Shown: positions 24,811 through 38,309, numbered from the stretch's first letter. The stretch: 64,000 bases of DNA from Octopus bimaculoides (GCF_001194135.2 NC_068990.1:36307939-36371938); one strand, 5' to 3'. The notes: generated by a model from the letters alone, not told the origin. Numbers and translations are program-made.

Positions 24811-24999
24811 AAGATTCAAAATAGGCTCCACAAAAATCAGTTGATTTACCACTCATTGTCTTTGAACTGAAAATAAAACAAGACAGGAGAAAGACTGCTG
24901 GAACTGACTGAGACAAATTTTTTTTTCAAGAATCACAGTAATAAATCCAAATTTAATAGAAAATGAGATATTTACATGAAGTAGCCACTCAAATATTGC

Positions 25000-25210
25000 C
25001 TTCAAATCATGGCACAAGGCCAGCAAGTCCAGGGGAGTTAACTAGATCGATCCCAGTACTCAACTGGTATTTGTTTTATTGACTCTGAAAGAATGGAAGG
25101 TAAAGTTGACCCCAACGGCATTTGAACTAAGAACACAAGATGTACGAAAACGAAATGCTCTGAGGTATTCTGTTTGGCATGTTAACGATTCTGCCAGCTT
25201 GCCATCCTAG
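25000..25210 (-). mobile_element. SINE family C, degenerate
   Basis: GATCGATCCCAGTACTCAACTGGTA...AAAGTTGACCCCAACGGCATTTGAACT...ACGATTCTGCCAGC. Confidence 0.75.
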
Positions 25211-25404
25211 CTGCTCAAATATTAAATGAATTTTACGCAGCAAATCTACAACATTTACAGATATATGCACCTCTATAGAAAGTCATAAGCCTTCCTGGCT
25301 ACACTTGCAACACAAGAACAATATTATATGAAGTAGAATGCAACCTCCAAAACACTACAATGATGGATCAGTGGATATCATATAATGCATGGGATGACCA
25401 ATGG

Positions 25405-25458
<54 letters not shown>

Positions 25459-25875
25459 TAACCATACTGTCTCTTTTTTAAATAAAGAGATAAAAAATGA
25501 ACAAAATAAGACATAAATAGCTATGCTGAATTGCCATTAATAACTAAAAGAAAACACATAAAGACTATACAATGAAGTAAAGAAATGCAGAGAAACGTAA
25601 GCTATATATCAATGAAAGAAAAATACGTGTTATGTACAGAAGATATATCTAGGCTATTGCAATTTACAAAAGCCTCCGTAAACTATTTGAATGCCTACAA
25701 AGAATATTTCGGTCCTTAAAGACAGTTAAATTTTTGTTGAAGTTCTTTTATCACAAAATTCAAGATGTGAAATTGTGTTGAAACAAATATTGCTATATTT
25801 GGGGATGGTTATTTTTCTTAATAAACACACACATTATTTTGTGTTCACTTAAGCTTTATTATTAGTAGTTTTTAT

Positions 25876-26051
25876 TTGTTTGTCAAAGTTCTTTTGTCAC
25901 GCATTCTGTGTCCTATTGAATGACTACTTTCCAACAGAAAGTCAAGATGGAGTAAATATGATAAGGCCAGAAAGAAGAGCAGACACAGAGAAGAAGAACA
26001 AGAAATCATTGAGGAGGTCGGAATGTGTGACAAAAGAACTTTGACAAACAA
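25876..26051. repeat. 31-bp inverted repeat pair (30/31 identical) enclosing 114 bp
   Basis: TTGTTTGTCAAAGTTCTTTTGTCACGCATTC (25876-25906) vs GAATGTGTGACAAAAGAACTTTGACAAACAA (26021-26051). Confidence 0.85.
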
Positions 26052-26149
26052 TATATAAGAATAAATATGAAGTGAAGGTCAGATAGTGTGTGTATTTATT
26101 GGCAAAATGACTGTTTCCAAATATAACAATATTTCTTATCACATTATTA

Positions 26150-26310
26150 TTATTGAGCTGGCAGAGTCATTAGCATGCTGGACGAAATGTTTAGCAGTAT
26201 CTTGTTCATCGCTATGTTCTGAGTTCAAACTCCGCCAAGGTTGACTTTGCGTTTCATCCCCTCCCCCAAAGTTGTTGCCTTTGTGGAAAACTTTGAGACT
26301 AATAGTACAA
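26150..26310 (+). mobile_element. SINE family C
   Basis: GAGCTGGCAGAGTCATTAGCATGC head, B box GAGTTCAAACTCC. Confidence 0.75.
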
Positions 26311-26929
26311 ATATTATTATTATTATTATTATTATCATTACTATTATTATTATTGTTGTTGTTGTTGAGTGAGAGAGCAGTGCATGCCATCAAAGTGACA
26401 TTAGGGTACAATTATATGAAGCCCAATATACTCATCATGACTATCTGTCTGATAAGGTTGCACCAGCCACATGCATCACAACCACACATGCACGGCATGA
26501 TGATCTCATATAAAGATAAATAGCACATGACTTTGCAGATGTGGCCCAGTTAGAATTTTCTTCAGGTTGAGTAGCCCATCCCACTCAAAAGATTCCGGAA
26601 TAAGGTTTCTTTAAGGATGATGAACAAAACACCCATGTTTCCAGAGGAGAATTATTCAAACAACAAAGAATTCCTCTCAACACATGGCTATGATGCTCCC
26701 CCACTACTTCTGCCTGTGATCAGAGATGCACATATCATCAGCCACTAAGGGACATGCTCAACTGGTTAAGGTCAAACAATTGACAAGCAAATCTGTGGTA
26801 TTGAGCAGAATATTTGCTGTAGCCCATCTTTTATACCAAGACAAAGCGATGTACATGATAACACTTCCTATCAGTTAAGATAAGAAGCCATGAGAGTCAC
26901 TGCCTGGTACTGCACCCAGGCATTATTAT

Positions 26930-27900
26930 TATTATTATTATTATTCAGTAGTTTTATTTTTATAACGTGCTTTCACTTCACTACCGAGCGCAGCTCTGTG
27001 CGCCTTGGGTATGTGCTGTGGTTTGCTGTGGTGCTCTTATGTTTACTGTATTGAAAGTGTTTTGCGTAGAATGTGTGCAGTACCCAGTAGTGCAATTTTC
27101 TGTATGTTATATATATTTGTAAGTCCTGGTGTTTTTGTTATGTATTTGTCTGAATATTTTTTTATTATACCTAAGGCACCTACTATGATAGGAATTGTTT
27201 CTGTTTTTAGATTCCACATTCGAGTTATCTCTATTTCCAGGTCTTTGTATTTTGAAAGTTTTTCCATTTCTTTTAGAGAAACNNNNNNNNNNNNNNNNNN
27301 NNNNNNNNNNNNNNNNNNNNNNNNNNNNNNNNNNNNNNNNNNNNNNNNNNNNNNNNNNNNNNNNNNNNNNNNNNNNNNNNNNNNNNNNNNNNNNNNNNNN
27401 NNNNNNNNNNNNNNNNNNNNNNNNNNNNNNNNNNNNNNNNNNNNNNNNNNNNNNNNNNNNNNNNNNNNNNNNNNNNNNNNNNNNNNNNNNNNNNNNNNNN
27501 NNNNNNNNNNNNNNNNNNNNNNNNNNNNNNNNNNNNNNNNNNNNNNNNNNNNNNNNNNNNNNNNNNNNNNNNNNNNNNNNNNNNNNNNNNNNNNNNNNNN
27601 NNNNNNNNNNNNNNNNNNNNNNNNNNNNNNNNNNNNNNNNNNNNNNNNNNNNNNNNNNNNNNNNNNNNNNNNNNNNTTAAAAATCCTTCAGTCTCTGCTT
27701 TGAGTCCTGAGCTTCTCAGCCATTGCTGGGATTTTTCTCTGTCTATTTCTTTCGCATTTAGTTTAGCCCAGTATTTACCATGTAGGGGCTTTTCTTGCCA
27801 TCGTTTTATCATGGTCCGTTGCTGTTCTAGTTTTAGTTTGGATTTCATTTGTTTTATAGCTTTTGTTGTTTCTTCTTCTTCTTCTTCTTCGTATTTGTTA
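26930..27900 (-). mobile_element. R4/Dong LINE 3' portion (RLE domain, 3' UTR, (AAT)n tail), with a gap
   Basis: WQEKPLHGKY...QWLRSSGLKAETEGF; EKLSKYKDLEIEITRMW..KTETIPIIVGALG...QKIALLGTAHILRK. Confidence 0.9.
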
Positions 27901-27999
27901 GGTAGATTGATTTCTTGTTTGTATTTGTCAGCTTCCTTAAATACTGAAAACAGTTTTTTTGTTTTGCTCGTGTCTTGTGGCTATTTGTATTAGTTTCCC

Positions 28000-28174
28000 T
28001 TGCTTCTGGAGTAGGTATTTTTGCAGTCCTATGGTGGTCTATTATTATCATTATTATTATTTTCATTATTATTATTATTATTGTATTATCATTGTTATTA
28101 TTATTATTATTGTTGTTATTATTATTATTATCATTATCATTATTATTATCATCATTATTACTATTTTTGTATTA

Positions 28175-28206
<32 letters not shown>

Positions 28207-28250
28207 GTTATCATTATTATTATCATTATTATTATTATTATCATTCGTTC
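28000..28250. repeat. (ATT/ATC)n trinucleotide tract
   Basis: Seen directly. Confidence 0.95.
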
Positions 28251-28399
28251 ATCTAATTACATACAAGCAAGTGATATTTTTGAGTTTTCAATATGATATA
28301 TATAAACACACAAATATGGGAAACAACAAGCTTTAAAGAAGTTTTAGAATTAAAAAGATGATTAATGATCCTTTTATTATTTATATGTCCCTCTTTGAG

Positions 28400-28590
28400 G
28401 CAGTAACAAATCCATTACTTGGAAAGATAACTAATTCAGATCGTTCTTCAAATTAGAGAAATAAGTCACAGCAGCAATCAACTACATAGAGCGACACACA
28501 TTGAATAACAGCCCAATCTATTTTATAACTGTTAGTGTTATCATTCTTTACACTCCAGATATATTTGAAGAGTGAAGTGTTGTAACCATT
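28400..28590 (-). mobile_element. Penelope-like GIY-YIG C-terminal fragment
   Basis: TSLFKYIWSVKN...YKIDWAVI...CDLFL and downstream ERSELV match Penelope TELSKYIW.LK...I.WSI...CNLCL...KRSEL. Confidence 0.7.
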
Positions 28591-28954
28591 TACTACTTTT
28601 GGTCTCACAGGTAGAACTTGATCAGTTAATACTTTAGGAAAAAGATGTGTGTCACTGTGAGGGCAGATAGGCTTGTTACAAAGAGAAGAGTTTTGCATGT
28701 TGTTTCGGGAAGTAGGAAAATTTTTGATGCATATTATTTTGATTTAATATTATATGATATCCTCGTGTACATCAGAAGTACAATTCGGCTTCTAATAAAA
28801 TATGCACTTTATATATTGAGTATTTGTGTATGTGCATGTGTGTGTGTGTGTAAGATATTATGCTATGGGATGGAATGCCAGGCCTCAAAGCTGTGAAAGC
28901 AATTGTCTTAACTGCACTGTCATGTCTGTCTTTCTGTATGTATGTATGAGTGTA

Positions 28955-29008
<54 letters not shown>

Positions 29009-30409
29009 CGTATGTATATATGAATGTTTGAATGTATGTTTGTATGTCTGTTTCTATTTGTATGTAAATGTAATATATTCATGGAACTAAGATGAATGTT
29101 ATTGGACAAACTACTAACATTTTAAGGTAACTACATTAAAGATAGTATAATAAAATAAAATCTGCAGTAAACAAAACCATAAAATGACATAAAACAACAG
29201 CAATAGCAACAGCAACGACATTGCAACAGTTAATGACTGAATGATATGCAAGATATCATGGTGGTAAAAGTTCAGAACAGTAAACATAATAACTAGAAAC
29301 ATGAAAACTGATATATATATGTGTGTGTATATGTGTATGTATATATGTGTGTGTATGTATGTAAGTATGTATGGATGGATGTATGTATTAGACAAAAGAA
29401 TAAAATGTCTTTCACCACAAAATACCATTTAAATTGCTATTGTGTGTCTAAAACTATTTTTAAGAAATGTAAAACAAAACTAAAGAATTGAATAGAAAAC
29501 CCAATAAAAAAAATAAAAAAAAGACAAAGAAATGCACACAAGAATATAAAATTAAATGGAGAAAAATAAACGAATAAAAGCGGCAGAAAAGAAAACCAGA
29601 AGATGCACAAAGAATTTTAAAAAGCAAGGAAGAAATCTTCCAATTTCATCAGATTTACATTTTTTGTAGCTGGTTTCTGAAAGGTTTGCCAATTATATAT
29701 TTCTCACACACACATGCAAATGCATACACACACACACACGTACTTCCATCTCTCTATCTATGTATATACAAACATATATATATATATATATATGAATGTA
29801 TATATATATACATGCACGTATGTATGTGCATATGTATGTATGTATGGATATATATGTGTGTGTGTCAGAGCTTTGATACTGTAAGACTGAAATTACAATG
29901 AATTTATTGTTGTTGTTGTTGTTGCTATTCTCTAGCCTCAGGTTGAGCCTAGCTTTAAAACATCCTGTCTTGTTTCCAAGTATAACGTGTCTAAGATTTT
30001 GTAGTCATTGCATACTTTAAAATAAATAAAAGATATCTATAAAAATAAATGTATTTAAATAAAACGTTTTATTTATTATAAACTCTAAAGATATATTTCA
30101 TGTTTTTGTTTTTATACTCATGCAACAATTTAAAGCAAATAAAAATATTTATTAAAAAATATGATTACAAAATATATTTATATGTAATTTATGATACTAG
30201 ATGTAACAACACTAAGGAGGGACATAGTTACTCCATACTTTTGTTAGACACTATATTAGGTTCAAACACAGTCAGTCAGTGTTGGTTTTAGATATGACTA
30301 TGTATTACAACCAGGCATGATATATAGCTCCTATTATAAAGATTGAAGGGATATTTTGATGGTGATGCGTTTACCATATCGAGAAGAGAAGTTCACATCT
30401 TGACTTACT

Positions 30410-30850
30410 CTTTTACTTGTTTCAGTCATTTGACTGCAGCCATGCTGGAGCACCGCCTTTAGTCGAGCAAATCGACCCCAGGACTTATTCTTTGTAAGCC
30501 TAGTACTTATTCTATCAGTCTCTTTTGCCGAACCGCTAAGTTACGGGGACGTGAACACACCACCATCGGTTGTCAAGCGATGTTGGGGGGGACAAACACA
30601 GACATATACACACGCATACATATATATATATATACATATATATACGACAGGCTTCTTTCAGTTTCTGTCTACCAAATCCACTCACAAGGCTTTGGTCAGC
30701 CCGAGGCTATAGTAGAAGATACTTNNNNNNNNNNATCCACTCACAAGGCTTTGGTCAGCCCGAGGCTATAGTAGAAGATACTTGCCCAAAGTGCCATGCA
30801 GTGAGAATGAACCTGGAACCATGTGGTTGGTAAGCAAGCTACTTTATTTC
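30410..30850 (-). mobile_element. SINE family B (CORE-like) with a gap-associated duplication
   Basis: Reverse complement of the 3319-3704 element. Confidence 0.85.
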
Positions 30851-31359
30851 ATTACATTACATTATTTCTTTCATTACCACACAGCCACTTCATGTGTGTT
30901 TTCTATTTCTACTAATGTGGTCCCTATATTTTAAAAAATAGTTCATTAGAAATTCATTGTGGCAGATTTGGTTGCTATATTGTGGTTTATAGGGTTTCTT
31001 TTATCAATTACAGTGGGTCTAATCATTCACTGTATTAGCCCCTGTTTTAAAGGTGATTGAATGAAATTTTATAGAAGAACAGTTGGTAGTGTTATATTAT
31101 GAATGTTTTATTGACTTGTGTGGTCATTAAAGGTACAGATGAAACGATGTAGGAGACAAAATCAATCCTTGGGATACACCACATTGAATATATGTAATAG
31201 GGAATTTTGTTTTTAAGCTCTAACAGATAAAAGATAGACAGAGACTAAAAGTGTTGTGTCAATGCTCCTAGGCGAAGAAGTAGGATCTCCCAAGATATAT
31301 AAATAGAGGTAGTCTGGCCATGGTAAGTGTGTTGAGTAGCAGTTGAGTAGATAATTTTA

Positions 31360-31558
31360 ATCAGGGTTGACCCGGGTTTAGAAAATAACAATAACTACTG
31401 AAACTACAACAACAATTGATAAAACAAACACAACAAATATGAACAACAAAAATGAAAGCAAAGACAGACTCAGCAGGATTTAAACATGGACATAAAAATC
31501 CATAGTTAAATGCCACAAGACAATTTGTATAGCATGGAGCTTCTGATTCTATCATCAC

Positions 31559-31593
<35 letters not shown>

Positions 31594-32630
31594 TGATGAA
31601 AAATGGCATGGAAAACCTCTCAATGGCAAATACCCAAAGAGAGCGAATAATGCAGATATTGACAAAGCCCTTACCCATCAATGGCTAATGGCCTCTGGCT
31701 TGAAATCAGAAACAGAGGGGTTTATCATAGCAGCCCAAGATCAATGCCTACCTACAAAGAACTACCAGGCCAACATATTAAAGAACGGCAGCTCCCCATT
31801 ATGGCGTATATGCCAACAACAAAATGAGACCATCGATCATGTTGTCTCCATGTGCAGTCTGCTTGCGCCTACAGAGTATCTCAACAGGCATGATAGAGCT
31901 GCACAATATATTCACTGGGTAATATGCAAAAACCTGGACTTGCCCCATGATAAAAACTGGTGGGAACACNNNNNNNNNNNNNNNNNNNNNNNNNNNNNNN
32001 NNNNNNNNNNNNNNNNNNNNNNNNNNNNNNNNNNNNNNNNNNNNNNNNNNNNNNNNNNNNNNNNNNNNNNNNNNNNNNNNNNNNNNNNNNNNNNNNNNNN
32101 NNNNNNNNNNNNNNNNNNNNNNNNNNNNNNNNNNNNNNNNNNNNNNNNNNNNNNNNNNNNNNNNNNNNNNNNNNNNNNNNNNNNNNNNNNNNNNNNNNNN
32201 NNNNNNNNNNNNNNNNNNNNNNNNNNNNNNNNNNNNNNNNNNGGAATCTGAAGACGAAAACAATACCTATTGTCATAGGTGCCCTGGGAATGACAGCGAA
32301 ACGGGCTGATTACTACCTAGCTCAGATACCAGGAAACCCCAAAATGGCTGAAGTTCAAAAGATAGTGCTCATAGGAACTGCCCATATCCTACGTAAAATA
32401 CTGTCTATGTGATCTCAAATTTTAAAACAAACACATAATCTTCTTATGGTTTCTTAAACATTCACTAGAACAAAGCTGTACAAATCCAAATATATTGTAC
32501 CCTAGGCATAACACCTACATGAACTTCTAACTTGTTGTCTCTTGAGGTCTCTGGGTGAGACTTGGATCCAACTTGTACAAATGCAAAACAAAAGTCAAAC
32601 ATAAAATAATAATAAGAAGAAGAATAATGG
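31360..32630 (+). mobile_element. R4/Dong LINE 3' portion (zinc knuckle, RLE, 3' UTR)
   Basis: GLKSETEGFIIAAQDQCLPTKNY...RICQQQNETIDHVVSMC...RHD; IPIVIGALG...QKIVLIGTAHILRKILSM*. Confidence 0.9.
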
Positions 32631-32634
32631 TTTC

Positions 32635-32830
32635 AAATTTTGACACAAGGGCTGCCATTTGTGGTGGGGGGAGTGGATGTGTCGATTACATTAATCCCAG
32701 TGTTCAACAGGTACTTATTTTATCGACCCAGAAGGGATGAAAGGTGAAGTCGAACCTGCTGGGATTTGAACTCAGAATGTAAATTCGGATGAAATGCTGC
32801 TAGGCATTTTGCCTGATGTGCTAACGATTA
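32635..32830 (-). mobile_element. SINE family C
   Basis: GGTACTTATTTTATCGACCC...GAAGTCGAACC...GATTTGAACTCAGAATG. Confidence 0.8.
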
Positions 32831-32844
32831 TAATTATAGCCATA

Positions 32845-33583
32845 TTGTTGTTGTTGTTGGCACTCCGTCGCTTACGACGTCCAGAGTTCCAGTTGATCCG
32901 ATCAATGGAACAGCCTGCTCATGAAAATAATGTGCAAGTGGCTGAGCACTCCACAGACACATGTACCCTTAACATAGTTCTTGGGGATATTCAGCATGAC
33001 ACAGTGTGACAAGGCTGACCCTTTGAATTACAGGTACAACAGAAACAGGAAGAAAGAGTAAGAGAAAGTTGTGGTAGAAGAGTACAGCAGGGTTTGCCAC
33101 CATCCCTTGCCGGAGCCTCGTGGAGCTTTAGGTGTTTTCGCTCAGTAAACAGNNNNNNNNNNNNNNNNNNNNNNNNNNNNNNNNNNNNNNNNNNNNNNNN
33201 NNNNNNNNNNNNNNNNNNNNNNNNNNNNNNNNNNNNNNNNNNNNNNNNNNNNNNNNNNNNNNNNNNNNNNNNNNNATAATGTGCAAGTGGCTGAGCACTC
33301 CACAGACACATGTACCCTTAACATAGTTCTTGGGGATATTCAGCATGACACAGTGTGACAAGGCTGACCCTTTGAATTACAGGTACAACAGAAACAGGAA
33401 GAAAGAGTAAGAGAAAGTTGTGGTAGAAGAGTACAGCAGGGTTTGCCACCATCCCTTGCCGGAGCCTCGTGGAGCTTTAGGTGTTTTCGCTCAGTAAACA
33501 GCCTCAACGCCTGGTCTGGGAATCGAAACCGCGATCCTATGACCGCGAGTCCACTGCCTTAACCACTGGGTCATTGCGCCTCC
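32845..33583 (-). mobile_element. SINE family A with a duplicated segment across a gap
   Basis: Same head and tail as 5412-5992; 32925-33150 repeated after the N-run. Confidence 0.85.
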
Positions 33584-34074
33584 ACCATTATAACCATAAT
33601 AATATCAACAAAAACAACAACAACAATAACGACAATAACCACCACCACCACCACCACCATCACCACCATCATCATCATCATCATCATCCAGTCCGTTTGG
33701 GTTGCTTTTGCTTTTTTTTTATTTTTAATGGTTTAAACGCTATATTTTTCTACTCTGTTTTCTGGATTGCTCTGTGATTTTCATTTCTTTTGTTTTATAT
33801 TACAGTACATTGATGACAAATTAGTTTATCTCGCTCAGCCCAGACTACACACCTCACCAAGCGCCTCATTAACAGTTGCCTAGCAAAAGAAGGAGGCTGT
33901 GCAGTTTATTGCTGACCATGAGTCAAACACTGGACCAAGGCGAGACACAATCATACAACGCAGGACAGCAATGGAGCCTGAGGTGTGATGGAGTGCTAGT
34001 GTATGTGTATGGGTGGGTGGGTGAAGTAGGCAGCTGCTTGTTAAATATTGGATTACTTAGTGTAAAATTTTGGA

Positions 34075-34110
<36 letters not shown>

Positions 34111-34346
34111 CATACGTATATATATATATATATACACACACACATATAATTATATGAATGTCTATGGATGTGAGAACATGTCTGTTTATTACAGTTACTG
34201 TATATGTATATGTCTATACATGTGTGCACACACACACACACACTCACACATCTATATATATATATATATATCATATATACATACATATATCTTTATCTGT
34301 ATATACATACATATGTGTGTGTGTTAGATAGATAGATAGATATTCC

Positions 34347-34560
34347 TTTATTCTTTTATTCTTTCAGTCATTTGACTGTAGCCATGCTGGAGCACCACTT
34401 TTAGTTGAACAAATCGACCCCAGGACTTATCCTTTGTAAGTCTAGTACTTACTCTATCAGTCTCTTTTGTCTAACCACTTCGTTACGGGGATGTAAACAC
34501 ACCAACACCGGTTGTCAAGCAATGGTGGGGGAACAAACACAGACACACAAATACATACAT
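34347..34560 (-). mobile_element. SINE family B, 3' half
   Basis: TTTCAGTCATTTGACTG...GCTGGAGCACC...ATCGACCCCAGGACTTAT. Confidence 0.8.
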
Positions 34561-36289
34561 ACATACATAAATGCATACACACACACACACACACACACAT
34601 ATATATTTATATATATATATATATATNNNNNNNNNNNNNNNNNNNNNNNNNNNNNNNNNNNNNNNNNNNNNNNNNNNNNNNNNNNNNNNNNNNNNNNNNN
34701 NNNNNNNNNNNNNNNNNNNNNNNNNNNNNNNNNNNNNNNNNNNNNNNNNNNNNNNNNNNNNNNNNNNNNNNNNNNNNNNNNNNNNNNNNNNNNNNNNNNN
34801 NNNNNNNNNNNNNNNNNNNNNNNNNNNNNNNNNNNNNNNNNNNNNNNNNNNNNNNNNNNNNNNNNNNNNNNNNNNNNNNNNNNNNNNNNNNNNNNNNNNN
34901 NNNNNNNNNNNNNNNNNNNNNNNNNNNNNNNNNNNNNNNNNNNNNNNNNNNNNNNNNNNNNNNNNNNNNNNNNNNNNNNNNNNNNNNNNNNNNNNNNNNN
35001 NNNNNNNNNNNNNNNNNNNNNNNNNNNNNNNNNNNNNNNNNNNNNNNNNNNNNNNNNNNNNNNNNNNNNNNNNNNNNNNNNNNNNNNNNNNNNNNNNNNN
35101 NNNNNNNNNNNNNNNNNNNNNNNNNNNNNNNNNNNNNNNNNNNNNNNNNNNNNNNNNNNNNNNNNNNNNNNNNNNNNNNNNNNNNNNNNNNNNNNNNNNN
35201 NNNNNNNNNNNNNNNNNNNNNNNNNNNNNNNNNNNNNNNNNNNNNNNNNNNNNNNNNNNNNNNNNNNNNNNNNNNNNNNNNNNNNNNNNNNNNNNNNNNN
35301 NNNNTATATATATATATATGCATGTCTATGTATCAGGCGAGATGACAAAGGACAGAAATGCCTAGTGCCTGGCCAAACTCATGAAGACCCATATGCCACA
35401 GCAGAAATGTTAAGGCTGATCTTTCAGATGGAGTAAAGCACTTGTGGTGGTGCCATGTAAAAATGCCCATGCCAGTATGGACAGTGAACGTTAAATGATG
35501 ATGATGATGATGACGACGACGATGACGATGATGGTGATGATTCTTTAATGGTCCCTTCTAGACTCATAGAAAAGAGGAACTCAAATTTGAGACCTGGCCC
35601 AAATACTTGCAACAAAATAAAGTGTGTTAATAGCACCCAAGAACTACGTGATGGATTCAGACTCCATACCAAAGCAGATCGTAGTGGTATTTGAATATGG
35701 AAAGCAGAGAACTGGAACAAACACCAGAAGGCATTGGTAGAATTTGAACACAAAGCACATGGAATCTGAATAAATACTACAGAGTATTCTATTTCTATCT
35801 CTCTCTCTCCCTCTCTCTCTCTCTCTCCCTCTCTCTCTCTCTCCTTCTGNNNNNNNNNNTCTATTTCTATCTCTCTCTCTCCCTCTCTCTCTCTCTCTCC
35901 CTCTCTCTCTCTCTCCTTCTGTATTTCTGTATGCATATGTGTACATGTATAAACACACTTATATTCATATATGTATGTGTATATACACATATTTTTATGT
36001 GTGCATGTCTGTGTATAGTATCATGATAGGCAGTATAGGGAATAACTAAATGAGATTGTCTATAAAGAAATGTTTACATGTGTCAATACAGACAGTTTGG
36101 ACCAATTTTCCATGCTTACATGAATTCAAGAAAGTTTATTGGGGCAGATTTTCTATGACCAGATACACTTCCTCTTAGCAAATCTCACTTATTTCCAATC
36201 AAAATATGATTTCCTGACGGAAACACACTAATACACTCATATAAAGCTACATACATATGTACATACATACATACAGAGTAAATTGAGTC

Positions 36290-37790
36290 TGATAGCATTC
36301 CCTACCAAAAAGACATCTTTCAGGGTGAAACCTGTCAGTTTTGCTCTTCATCCCCTCGTAAAAACCCACTATTACACCTGCTCACAAAATATAGTGACCT
36401 TAGAAGTAAGTCCAGAAGTATCTCCTATCTTTTCTTTGTTGACGACCTAAAACTCTATGGGAAAGTATCAACTACATTAAAAAGAACTAATGGACCTTAT
36501 TACCCAATGTTTTAAAGGCTTTGGAATGAATTTTTGTTTTGCCCAAATGAGCATTTTTTGGTAATAAAACTTGGAAAAGTTCTGCCCTACTCTGAAAACC
36601 TAAACATGTATGGCTTTTCAATACAACCTCTACAGTCAGGTGACAATTATAAGTGTCGTGGGCAAGATGAGAATGTCAGATATGATGAACCCATAAGGAA
36701 GAAAAGGATCAAGAATGAATGCCTCGAGGGAGTAAAGAGAATATGGTCATCAGAACTCTCAGCTTACAACAAGCATATTGCCCAAAATATCTTTGGAGTG
36801 CCTGTCTTCATGCCTATGTCTGGCCTTCTGAACTACTCACTACAAGAACTCAATAAGATAGATGTTTGAATTCACAAGCTGCTCAGTGTTACAGGAAAAT
36901 TTAACATCAATGGAGATGTAGACAGGCTATACTTACCATGCAAAGATCGTGGTTATGGTCTCAAATCTGTATTCTTTTCTACTTTAGGCACAAGGCCCAA
37001 CATTTTTAAAGGCAGAGGCCAGTCAATTATGCAACTGGTACTTAGTTTATTGACCTTGAAAGGACGAAAGGCAAAGTTGACCTTGGTGGAATTTGAACTC
37101 AGAATGTAAAGACAGACGAAATACCGCTAAGCATTTCGCCTGGTGTGCTAACGTTTCTGCCAGCTTGCTTCCTTGGTCTCAAATCTGTACTGATGTCATA
37201 TGAAGACTGTTTTGTGAAACTGAAACAACATCTGCAGCAGAGGAAAGAAACCAAACACTATCTTGCTCATGTTTGTAACCATAAAATCAACAACATAATT
37301 AAGATAACTGAAAAAATTAGTGAGAAATATGAAAAAAGAGCTGATGCAGATATTTCCTCAAGGAGTATTGGTAAGATCTATTAATCAGAAGAACAAAATG
37401 AAAAAAATGGACCAGTTCATTGAGAATAGAGTACATGGGTTCCTGGCGTGAAGGACACAAACCAGAGAAGGAATCAGTCATGTTGAAGCTTGATATGGAG
37501 TATTAACAAATTTATGATATTTCACCTTGAAGGTGACCTCAATGGAATTCAAGAACAAGAGATCCCCTCCAAGAACCACAGTATAAAACACAGAAAATAT
37601 TGACAGACAACAAATGTAGGTTGTGCAAGATCAAGAGTGAAAACCTTATTATTGCCAACAGCAAGAGAATGTCTTCCAGATATTATCTTCCCTTGAGACA
37701 TGATGCAGTGGCCCGAATAGTCTGGAACAGAATAGCAAAAAAGAAAACACCTACAGATGGTGACTTAACTGAGACTAATGTGTTAGAATA
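36290..37790 (+). mobile_element. R4/Dong LINE RT to zinc-knuckle region, degenerate
   Basis: QKDIFQGET, FFVDDLKLYG, KRIWSSELSAYNK, DVDRLYLPCKDRGYGL, KCRLCK...YYLPLRHDAVAR. Confidence 0.85.
36972..37173 (-). mobile_element. SINE family C inserted in the R4/Dong LINE, 16-bp TSD
   Basis: TGGTCTCAAATCTGTA at 36956-36971 and 37174-37189. Confidence 0.9.
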
Positions 37791-37829
37791 CTGGTGAAAC
37801 TTAGAAATTAAAATACTTCTTGGCATTGC

Positions 37830-37970
37830 ATCGCTGACAAAGATTAGGAAGGCTGTTGTCCATGTTGTCTGCATGCTCGTTCATGTCTGATAAGGTTGAA
37901 ATGGGATTGACATATCTGATTGCAGTGATGATAGGAGTATGGTTGTTTAGGGTCTGGTGATGCACTTTCT
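37830..37970 (-). mobile_element. RTE LINE C-terminal zinc-finger fragment
   Basis: YSYHHCNQICQSHFNLIRHERAC matches the RTE C-terminal C..C.S..GL.SH.R.C motif. Confidence 0.65.
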
Positions 37971-38309
37971 TGGTTAAAATATCTTTCATGGTACAGTGGA
38001 CCACAGGAACAAAATACTATTAATAGACTATATATGTCGATATAGTTTTTCTCATTATTAGTCCAGGCCTTATCTAATATAATAACACCACCCAGAATAG
38101 ACATTTAAGTCATGTTCTGGGACACCATAGCACACTCAAGTAGGTTGTTCTTTTACTAAAAGTTATCTGGTATCTAAAAGTTATAAATTTTCTTCATTTA
38201 ATAATCACAGAAAGACAAAAAGTCGAAGCAATCTGAACAATTATTCCTAGAATTATCTTACTTCTTCTTGCACTGCCATCTCTTAAATTATTATATCTTC
38301 TAGATGAAT

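Noticed and set aside
26370-26925. Probable interspersed repeat bounded by (AAC/AAT)n tracts
   Set aside because: Single copy in the window with no coding motif, so it cannot be classified from sequence alone
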